32,000 nucleotides of DNA from Jannaschia sp. R86511. GTDB taxonomy: Bacteria > Actinomycetota > Actinomycetes > Actinomycetales > JBBAYJ01. The position numbers were made by a program, and so were the translations under genes. Every line of letters begins with the position of its first letter. Positions within the stretch are counted from its first letter, which is position 1. Shown piece after piece: positions 1-6,213 of the stretch. The notes under the pieces are model-generated. The model was not told the DNA's origin, did not search any database, and was given only the letters and a program-made list of their open reading frames with translations. Where the stretch lies: contig NZ_JAXHCD010000001.1 of assembly GCF_042466345.1 (NCBI RefSeq), positions 113,408 to 145,407 on the forward strand, given 5' to 3'.

Positions 1-469
1 CGACGGGCTCCGGGGCGGCGGCGACGGGGTCGGCGACCACGGCCACGTGGACCGCGTCGGCCGGGTCGTCGCCGAGCCGGGCCAGGTGGGCCCGCTCGCC
101 GGCGGCCTTGAGCTGCTCGGCCAGGGTGGGCCCGGACACCGTCTGAAGGTCACCCAGCGTGCAGGGGCCGATCGACGCGGCGGCGGCCTCGAGGGCCGGT
201 CGGCAGGACTCGGCCTCCACCTGCACCCCGCCGGACAGCGCCAGCAGGTCCGCCCCGGACAGCAGCACCGCGACCGTGCCGTCGCCGGCGCCCGACCAGC
301 GGGCGGTGACCGCCATGTGCGAGTCGAGGTCGTCCAGCTCGGACAGCGGTGCGGTCACGGGCTCGACGGGACCGCCGAGCGGCAGGACGCCCGCCGCGGC
401 GCGCGCGGCGTCCAGCGCCACGTCCGCCCCGATGGTGGTGGTGGTTCGTGCGGTCGAGGAGCTGGTCAC
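1..469 (-). CDS. fliN: Flagellar motor switch protein FliN/FliY, N-terminal part (gene runs out of the window)
   Basis: Open minus-strand frame starting at GTG 469..467, overlapping the fliM stop as GTGA. Hand translation: VTSSSTARTTTTIGADVALDAARAAAGVLPLGG... It lies directly downstream of fliM. The conserved SpoA-type C-terminus is outside the window, so the call is mostly positional. Confidence 0.6.
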   Translation of the reverse strand, partial: MTSSSTARTTTTIGADVALDAARAAAGVLPLGGPVEPVTAPLSELDDLDSHMAVTARWSGAGDGTVAVLLSGADLLALSGGVQVEAESCRPALEAAAASIGPCTLGDLQTVSGPTLAEQLKAAGERAHLARLGDDPADAVHVAVVADPVAAAPEPV

Positions 470-1410
470 GAGCGGTCCTTCCGAGGGTCGACGATCAGGC
501 AGGCGAGCCGGTTGCGGCGGTTGGCGGGGACGGCGCGGGCGAAGGCCCGGTCGCCGGCGACCAGGAGCAGGGGCGAGTCGGCCGGGTGGCCCAGGCGCAC
601 GACGTCGCCCACGGCCAGGGCCAGCACGTCGTCGGAGGTCATCCGGATGCCCCGCATGCGGGCCCCGACCTCCATGGGCACGTCGGACAGGCCCTGCTCC
701 GCCGCGGGGTTGGTGCGCGAGACGGTCTGCTGCTCGCTGCCCTCGGGGTTGAGCAGGGGCTGCATCGAGGCGTAGGGCACGGCGAGGGTCGCGGTGCCGG
801 TGACGTCGCCCACGGTGACGGCGAAGTCCATGACGACCAGCGCCTCGGCCGGGCCGACCACCTGCGCGAACTGCGGGTTGGTCTCCAGCGCCTCCAGCTT
901 GGGGGTGACGGCACCCAGCGGGGCGAAGGCGTACGGCAGCTCGGCCACGACGCGCTCGAGCAGGCCGCGCAGCAGCGCGGTCTCCAGCTGCGTCGCGGGA
1001 CGCGTGGGCTGCTCGACGTCGCCGCGCCCGCCCAGCAGGCGGTCCACGGCGGCCATGGCCAGGTCGTGCTCGACGTGCAGCACGAAGTCGTGCAGCTCGG
1101 GCGAGGAGATGACCGCCAGCAGGGACGGCGCGGGCAGGGCGGCGACGTACTTGCCGTACGTCGTCTGCGTCACCGCGCCGGGCTCGACCTGCCCGTCGCG
1201 CAGCATGGTCGAGAACTGGGTCGCCCACTGCCGGGCGAACGTCTCGGCGACCACCTGCAGCCCGCGGGCGTGCTCGCGGGACAGCTTGGTGGGTCGTCGG
1301 AAGTCGTAGGGCTCGGGCGTCGTCGAGGCCCGCTGGCCCCGGCGACGAGCCGAGGTGGAGGAGCCGGTGTCTGTCCGCACCCCACACCTATCGGCCGATC
1401 GGGTGGACAC
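466..1410 (-). CDS. fliM: Flagellar motor switch protein FliM
   Basis: 314-aa ORF with a FliM-like N-region (PEPYDFRRPTKLSREH) and a C-terminal SpoA-like segment (VLALAVGDVVRLGHP). It sits between fliL and fliN. The start may be an in-frame GTG about 30 nt downstream of 1410. Confidence 0.85.
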   Translation of the reverse strand: MSTRSADRCGVRTDTGSSTSARRRGQRASTTPEPYDFRRPTKLSREHARGLQVVAETFARQWATQFSTMLRDGQVEPGAVTQTTYGKYVAALPAPSLLAVISSPELHDFVLHVEHDLAMAAVDRLLGGRGDVEQPTRPATQLETALLRGLLERVVAELPYAFAPLGAVTPKLEALETNPQFAQVVGPAEALVVMDFAVTVGDVTGTATLAVPYASMQPLLNPEGSEQQTVSRTNPAAEQGLSDVPMEVGARMRGIRMTSDDVLALAVGDVVRLGHPADSPLLLVAGDRAFARAVPANRRNRLACLIVDPRKDRS

Positions 1411-1446
1411 TTGAGCGGCCGGCGCGCCGCGGGGGTCAGGCGGCTG

Positions 1447-2010
1447 TCACTGCATCACCCAGGACGTGATGTAGATGTCGTAGACGTGGTGGTGGTACGC
1501 CTCGTCGATCTCCGCCACCAGCTCGGCCTTGATCGCGGCGCGCTGCTCGGCGGTGGCCAGGTCCGTCATGGGCTTGCCGGACAGGTTGTCGATCAGGATG
1601 TCGAGGGCCTGGCTGCCGTCGACCTCCTCCTCGGCGTGGCCGGCGTCCTCGGGCACGGGCTGCTGCAGGGCGATGCCCACCTGCAGGTACCGGCCGTCGG
1701 CCAGGTTGATCGTGATCGGCTCCAGCGGGACGACGATGCCGGGCTCGGGGCCCTCCGCCTCGGCGGCGGCGGCCTCGGCCTCCGCGGCGGCGGCCTCCTC
1801 CGGGGTGGGCTCCCCGCCCATCAGCATGAAGTACGCCCCGCCGCCGGCGGCGAGCAGCGCGACCAGCAGCACGATGCCGCCCAGCAGCAGCTTCTTCTTC
1901 TTGCTCTTCACGGGGGCGCCGTCGGGGTCCCCCCCGACGGAGCCGCCGGCCCGCTGACCGGGGACCTTGGTCCCCTCGTTCAGGCTGCGGTCGGTGGTGG
2001 CGGTGGCCAT
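1447..2010 (-). CDS. fliL: Flagellar basal-body-associated protein FliL
   Basis: 187-aa ORF with a lysine patch plus a single TM helix (KSKKKKLLLGGIVLLVALLAAGG) and a FliL-type C-domain (ITINLADGRYLQVGIALQ). ATG start is preceded by GAAGGAGGA. Confidence 0.85.
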   Translation of the reverse strand: MATATTDRSLNEGTKVPGQRAGGSVGGDPDGAPVKSKKKKLLLGGIVLLVALLAAGGGAYFMLMGGEPTPEEAAAAEAEAAAAEAEGPEPGIVVPLEPITINLADGRYLQVGIALQQPVPEDAGHAEEEVDGSQALDILIDNLSGKPMTDLATAEQRAAIKAELVAEIDEAYHHHVYDIYITSWVMQ

Positions 2011-2041
2011 GTCAGTCCTCCTTCGTCTCGGACGGGTCGTG

Positions 2042-2095
2042 GGTCTCGGTCTGGGTCTCGGTCTGGGTCTGGGTCTGGGTCGGGATCTGGGTCCG
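2042..2095. repeat. Hexanucleotide microsatellite (GGTCTG/GGTCTC-type, 9 units) in the motB-fliL spacer
   Basis: Direct reading gives ggtctc ggtctg ggtctc ggtctg ggtctg ggtctg ggtcgg gatctg ggtccg. It lies between the motB stop (2098) and the fliL RBS. Confidence 0.9.
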
Positions 2096-2097
2096 GT

Positions 2098-2982
2098 TCA
2101 CGAGCGGGTCGCCTCCAGGGTCGGCAGCAGGGCCCGGACGTCGGCGGACTCGGTGGAGCGGACCAGCAGGTCCACCCGCCGGTTGGTCTCGATCGCGTCG
2201 GGGTCGGTCTTGGGCACCAGCGGCCGGGTGTCGCTGTAGCCGGTGGCGTCCAGCCGGCCGGGCGCCAGCCCGTCGACCTCGACCAGGCGCCGGACGACGG
2301 CCGCGGCCCGCGCGGCCGACAGCTCCCAGTTGGACGGGTAGATGGAGCCGCGGCCGACCGGCAGGTGGTTGGCGTGGCCCTCGGCGCTGATGGCGTTGTC
2401 GGAGCGGGCGAGCACCGGCGCGATGGCGTCGACGACCTCGGCGCCCACCGGCTGCATCTCGGCGCTGCCGCTGGCGAAGAAGACGTCGTCGGCGACCAGC
2501 ACCACGACCAGGCCGTCGGTGGTGATCCGGTACGACGCCCGGTCCTCCAGGCCGTCGGCGGCCAGGGCGGCCTCGGCCGCCTCGGCGATGGCCTCGAGGC
2601 GGGCCAGCTCGGCCTCGGCCCGCTCCAGGTCGGTCTCGGTGCGCTCCACGGGCAGGCTGTCGGCGATGGACTGCGCCTCGCCGGCCTGGCCCGACTCGAC
2701 CGGCCCCATCCGGGGCACGCCGATGTCGACCGGGGCGACCTGCTGCCCGGACCCGGGGAACGGGCTGTCGCTGCCGGACATCGCGATGTACCGCGGGGCG
2801 CCGAAGCCCGCCGACAGGCCCTTGCTCAGCTCGGCGAACTTCTGGTTGTCGACGTTGCTGATGGAGAACATGACGACGAACAGCACCATGAGCAGCGTGA
2901 TCATGTCGGCGTAGGAGATGAGCCAGCGCTCGTGGTTCTCGTGCTCCTCCTCGTGGCCGCCGCGCTTCTTGTGCCCGGCCAC
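2098..2982 (-). CDS. motB: Flagellar stator protein MotB (OmpA-like peptidoglycan-binding C-terminus)
   Basis: 294-aa ORF. The N-terminus HERWLISYADMITLLMVLFVVMF carries the conserved Asp/TM plug region. The C-terminus has OmpA-like motifs (NWELSAARAAAVVRRL, NRRVDL). GTG start at 2982 lies 1 nt after the motA stop. Confidence 0.9.
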   Translation of the reverse strand: MAGHKKRGGHEEEHENHERWLISYADMITLLMVLFVVMFSISNVDNQKFAELSKGLSAGFGAPRYIAMSGSDSPFPGSGQQVAPVDIGVPRMGPVESGQAGEAQSIADSLPVERTETDLERAEAELARLEAIAEAAEAALAADGLEDRASYRITTDGLVVVLVADDVFFASGSAEMQPVGAEVVDAIAPVLARSDNAISAEGHANHLPVGRGSIYPSNWELSAARAAAVVRRLVEVDGLAPGRLDATGYSDTRPLVPKTDPDAIETNRRVDLLVRSTESADVRALLPTLEATRS

Positions 2983-2983
2983 G

Positions 2984-3769
2984 TCAGGCCGCCTTGGCCT
3001 TGTCGCCCTTGTCGGCCTTGGCGCTGCCCGGAGGCAGCAGGCTGCTGAGCTTGCGGGCCACGACGCGCGGGCTGGAGCCGGCCTGGATGGCGAGGACGCC
3101 CTCCAGCACCAACTCCATGCTGGCGATCTCCAGCTCGGACAGCCGCTTGAGGCGGGCGCCGACGGGCAGGAAGATCACGTTGGCGCTCATGACGCCCCAC
3201 AGGGTCGCGAGGAACGCCGCGGCGATGAGGTGGCCCAGCTTGTCCGGCTCGGACAGGTTCTCCAGCACGTGGACCAGACCGAGCACGGTGCCGACGATGC
3301 CGAGCGTCGGGGCGTAGGCCCCCATGTCGGCGTAGAACTTGGCGCCGACCTTGTCGTAGGTGCGCTTGGCCTCGATCCGGCCGTACAGGATCTCCTGCAG
3401 GTCCTCCGGGTCGGTGCCGTCGATGGCCAGCTCGATGGCCTCCTTGAGGAACGGGTCCTCGAGCTTGGACGCGGCGTCCTCCAGGCCCAGCAGGCCCTCA
3501 CGGCGGGCCTGCTCGGCCAGCGCCACGACGGTGTCCAGCGACGCGTCGGCCTTGGCGGCCTTGGCCGTCATCGCCTTGATCAGGTCCTTGGGGAAGCGGC
3601 CGGCGTCGGACATCGTGTTGCCGGCCAGGCCGACGGCGATGCTGCCGCCGAGCACGAGCAGCATGGGGGGCAGCAGGAACATCGCCATCGGGTTGCCACC
3701 CTCGAGGGTGGTCGAGACGAAGATCGCGGCGAAGCCGAGGACGACGCCGATCAGGGTCATCGGGTCCAT
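2984..3769 (-). CDS. motA: Flagellar stator protein MotA
   Basis: 261-aa ORF with four predicted TM segments and a MotA/TolQ/ExbB-type C-half (YAPTLGIVGTVLGLVHVL, LATLWGVMSANVIFLP). The ATG overlaps the flbD stop (TGATG). Confidence 0.9.
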   Translation of the reverse strand: MDPMTLIGVVLGFAAIFVSTTLEGGNPMAMFLLPPMLLVLGGSIAVGLAGNTMSDAGRFPKDLIKAMTAKAAKADASLDTVVALAEQARREGLLGLEDAASKLEDPFLKEAIELAIDGTDPEDLQEILYGRIEAKRTYDKVGAKFYADMGAYAPTLGIVGTVLGLVHVLENLSEPDKLGHLIAAAFLATLWGVMSANVIFLPVGARLKRLSELEIASMELVLEGVLAIQAGSSPRVVARKLSSLLPPGSAKADKGDKAKAA

Positions 3770-4158
3770 CAGGCCCTCCTGGCCCTGAGCGGGACCACCC
3801 CGGCGACGGCGAGGCCGTCGTGGGTCGCGTCGTCGTCACGGCGGTCCTGGCGCTCCTGGCGCTCCTGGCGCTCCTGGCGCGCCCGGTCGGCGCGGTCGAC
3901 GGCCTGGTCGAGGTCGTCGTCCGCGTCGTCGACCGGCGTGGTCGAGGTGACCTCCGCGGTGGCCAGCGAGCCCGCCGCGGCGACCACGCGGGCCCTGTAG
4001 CCGACGATGCGGTCGATCAGCTCGTCGAGGCTCTGCACCACGACGTAGCGGCTACCGTCGATGAGGGTCAGCACGGTGTCGGGGGTCTCTTCGGCCCGGT
4101 GGATCAGGTCCGGGTTCAGCGAGAACTCGCTGCCGTTGATCCTGGTGAGTCTGATCAC
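3769..4158 (-). CDS. flbD: FlbD-family flagellar protein with a long acidic/basic C-terminal extension
   Basis: The N-terminal ~63 aa (MIRLTRINGSEFSLNPDLIHRAEETPDTVLTLIDGSRYVVVQSLDELIDRI) are FlbD-like. The rest is charged low-complexity sequence including a QERQERQERQ run. GTG start at 4158. The motA RBS (AGGAGG) lies inside its 3' end. Confidence 0.75.
   Translation of the reverse strand: MIRLTRINGSEFSLNPDLIHRAEETPDTVLTLIDGSRYVVVQSLDELIDRIVGYRARVVAAAGSLATAEVTSTTPVDDADDDLDQAVDRADRARQERQERQERQDRRDDDATHDGLAVAGVVPLRARRA
3845..3880. repeat. Four perfect 9-bp tandem repeats (tcctggcgc) inside flbD
   Basis: Read directly. On the minus strand they encode the (QER)n run of the FlbD tail. Confidence 0.9.
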
Positions 4159-4215
4159 GATGTCCGTCCGTGGCTGGTGGTGGGCGCGCCTTCCGTGGCG
4201 CGTCGTTCCTGGTGA

Positions 4216-4243
4216 CGATCGGCAGCGGGGCCGACCGGATGAG
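4216..4243 (-). promoter_or_regulatory. Candidate sigma-28 (FliA/WhiG)-type promoter for flbD-motA-motB-fliL-fliM-fliN
   Basis: Minus strand reads cCTCAT-ccggtcggccccgct-GCCGATCG, which is TCAT-N15-GCCGATCG. It has the same geometry as the boxes before fliC and flgN, lies about 58 nt upstream of the flbD GTG, and sits just downstream of the flgE hairpins. Confidence 0.5.
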
Positions 4244-4274
4244 GCGGTCCGGGTGGCGTAACCCGGACAGCCGA

Positions 4275-4299
4275 ACGGGCCGCGGTGACCGCGGCCCGT
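4275..4299 (-). terminator. Perfect 11-bp GC hairpin downstream of flgE (terminator, attenuator or RNA-stabilising element)
   Basis: acgggccgcgg-tga-ccgcggcccgt, with every pair checked by hand. It lies about 50 nt after the flgE stop. No U-tract follows. Confidence 0.45.
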
Positions 4300-4307
4300 C
4301 CGGGGTC

Positions 4308-4332
4308 CCGCCCCGTCAGCGGGTCGGGGCGG
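4308..4332 (-). terminator. Second hairpin immediately after the flgE stop (8-bp stem, 9-nt loop)
   Basis: ccgccccg-tcagcgggt-cggggcgg, located 16 nt downstream of the flgE stop codon. Confidence 0.35.
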
Positions 4333-4347
4333 TGGCTGGTGGCGGCG

Positions 4348-5520
4348 TCAGCGCTTCATGTTGACGAGGTCCTGGAGGATCTCGTCGGAGGCGGTGATGA
4401 CGCGGCTGTTCGCCTGGAAGCCGCGCTGGGCGATGATCAGGTTGGTGAACTCCTGCGCCAGGTCGACGTTGCTCATCTCGAGCATGCCGCCGGCCAGGGT
4501 GCCGCGGCCGTCGCCGGGCACGCCCACCTGGACGTTGCCGGAGTTGACGCTGGCGCGGTAGGCGGACCCGCCGGCCTTCTCCAGCCCGCCGGGGTTGGCG
4601 AACGTGGCCAGGGCCAGCTGGCCCAGGACCTCGCGGCGGCCGTTGGAGAACACGCCGACCAGCGCCCCGTCGGGACCGACGCCGAAGGACGACAGCGTGC
4701 CGACGGCGGCCCCGTCCTGGTCGAGGGCGGCCGCGGTGCTGGTGCCCGCGTAGCCGGTCATGGCGGTCATGTCGATGGTCAGGCCACCCACGGCCAGGGT
4801 GGCCGGCGTCGGGGTGGTGCCGCCGGCGGTGAAGTCCAAGGTGCTGTTGACGACCGTGGCGCCGTCGGTGACCTGGACGTCCCACTGGGTGGCGCTGACC
4901 CGGGTGTAGGCGATGGTCACGGTCCGGGCGTTGCCCTGGGCGTCGTAGACCTCGATGGCCGTGGTGACCGGGTTGGTGCTGGTGGAGTCGGCGGGCAGGT
5001 TGCCGCCCATGGTGACCGTGGTGCTGGCCTGCGGCTGCATCAGCACGCCGATCGGCAGCGTCAGGGCCCCGAGCGGGCCGTTGACGTCGGCCACGCCGTT
5101 GACGGCGCCCCAGCCCTGCACCAGGGACCCGTCGGTGGTGACCAGCCGGCCCTGCGCGTCGAAGCTGAACGACCCGGCCCGCGTGTACAGCTGCTCGTTG
5201 CCGTTGTCGACGACGAAGAACCCGTCGCCGGAGATCATCAGGTCGGTGGCGCGGCCGGTGGTCTGCGCGGCGCCCTGGCCGAAGTTGGTGTTGATGCCCG
5301 CCACGCGGGTGCCGAGCCCGACCTGCGCCGGGTTGGTGCCGCCCTGCTGGCCGTTGGGCGCCGCAGCCCCCTGCAGCAGCTGGCTCAGCGTGTCCTGGAA
5401 CAGCGTCTGGCTGGACTTGAAGCCGGCGGTGTTGACGTTGGCGATGTTGTTGCCGGTGGTGTCCATCATGGTCTGGTGCGAGCGGAGCCCGCTGATCGAG
5501 CTGAACATGGAGCGGAGCAC
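4348..5520 (-). CDS. flgE: Flagellar hook protein FlgE
   Basis: 390-aa ORF with the axial-protein N-terminus (MFSSISGLRSHQTMMDTTGNNIANVNTAGFK) and C-terminus (LEMSNVDLAQEFTNLIIAQRGFQANSRVI). GTG start follows AGGAGG. Confidence 0.92.
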   Translation of the reverse strand: MLRSMFSSISGLRSHQTMMDTTGNNIANVNTAGFKSSQTLFQDTLSQLLQGAAAPNGQQGGTNPAQVGLGTRVAGINTNFGQGAAQTTGRATDLMISGDGFFVVDNGNEQLYTRAGSFSFDAQGRLVTTDGSLVQGWGAVNGVADVNGPLGALTLPIGVLMQPQASTTVTMGGNLPADSTSTNPVTTAIEVYDAQGNARTVTIAYTRVSATQWDVQVTDGATVVNSTLDFTAGGTTPTPATLAVGGLTIDMTAMTGYAGTSTAAALDQDGAAVGTLSSFGVGPDGALVGVFSNGRREVLGQLALATFANPGGLEKAGGSAYRASVNSGNVQVGVPGDGRGTLAGGMLEMSNVDLAQEFTNLIIAQRGFQANSRVITASDEILQDLVNMKR

Positions 5521-5601
5521 GGTGACCTCCTGAGGTCGTGGCTGGTGCAGGTCTGGGAGTGGTGCGGGTGCGGTCGGTCGGCCGCTCGTCGGGTGGTCGG
5601 G

Positions 5602-6075
5602 TCAGGCGGTGGCCGGGACGGACGGGGTCGCCGGGTCGCGGATCTCCTGCACGAGGCCGAAGGGCACCTCGACGGGGCCGGCGGGGGTGCTGACGCGCAG
5701 CACCGGCTCGTCGGCCGTGAACAGGGCGGACGTGACGGTGCCGGTGACGGCGGCGTTGTCCTCGCCGAGGAACACCACCTCGCGCCCGACGGTCGACCCG
5801 GCGCCCCAGCGCTGCTGGATGCCGAGCGAGGCCGCGGTGGAGTCGGCGACCTCCTGCAGCTTCTCGACCTGGGTGAACTGGGCGGTCTGCGCGATGAACT
5901 CCGCGCCCTCGGCCGGGTTCAGCGGGTCCTGGTAGCGCAGCTGGGCGACCAGCAGCTTGAGGAACGCGTCCTTGCCGAGGCCGTCGGAGGCCGCGGGGGC
6001 GGCGGGGGTCGACTGGGCGGTCGCGTCGGCCACCGACCAGGTCGGGACGGTGCTGCCGGTGGTGGGGACGGTCAT
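5602..6075 (-). CDS. flgD: Flagellar hook assembly (capping) protein FlgD
   Basis: 157-aa ORF with the FlgD signature region GKDAFLKLLVAQLRYQDPLNP...FIAQTAQFTQVE. It lies between fliK and flgE. Confidence 0.9.
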   Translation of the reverse strand: MTVPTTGSTVPTWSVADATAQSTPAAPAASDGLGKDAFLKLLVAQLRYQDPLNPAEGAEFIAQTAQFTQVEKLQEVADSTAASLGIQQRWGAGSTVGREVVFLGEDNAAVTGTVTSALFTADEPVLRVSTPAGPVEVPFGLVQEIRDPATPSVPATA

Positions 6076-6095
6076 CGTGGTCCGCCTGTCTGCTC

Positions 6096-6140
6096 GGGTT
6101 GGGGCTGCTCGGGTGAGGGCTGCCGGCGAGGGGGCTGCCG
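6096..6140. repeat. Degenerate 15-bp periodic repeat (GGGTnnGGGCTGCyc-like) in the fliK-flgD spacer
   Basis: Units read by hand are gggttggggctgctc, gggtgagggctgccg and gcgagggggctgccg, flanked by weaker copies at 6081-6095 and 6141-6155. Confidence 0.6.
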
Positions 6141-6213
6141 GGGTCGGCGTCGCGGGGGCGGTGGTTCGGTGCCCGGGTAGGTCCTCGTCAGGCGAGGGCC
6201 CCGGGTTGAGGGC

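Noticed and set aside
2011-2100. The motB TGA is in frame with the fliL ATG: 29 stop-free codons that would encode a (Pro-Arg)n linker. This suggests a possible read-through MotB-FliL fusion.
   Set aside because: The linker would use AGA, a very rare codon in GC-rich genomes, nine times. fliL has its own strong RBS. A fusion would also invert FliL membrane topology relative to the extracytoplasmic MotC-terminus. The in-frame relationship is most likely a coincidence of a hexamer repeat.
349-3048. An 899-aa plus-strand ORF running antisense to fliM, fliL and motB. Similar giant antisense ORFs occur at 4285..6180, 7569..9650, 9130..11262, 11266..13164, 17155..20181, 28667..30397 and 30367..31845.
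   Set aside because: These are typical stop-codon-poor shadow frames of a very GC-rich genome. Their translations are Arg/Gly/Pro/Ala low-complexity sequence with no domain signatures. The opposite strand encodes well-recognised proteins in every case.
5524-5537. The palindrome GACCTC-CT-GAGGTC overlapping the flgE RBS, considered as an operator or hairpin. It superficially resembles the CTCAGGTC -35 element.
   Set aside because: A 2-nt loop cannot form an RNA hairpin. On the coding strand it reads CCTCAGGAGGTC, which is simply the AGGAGG Shine-Dalgarno sequence in GC context. No GCCGA box follows at N15.
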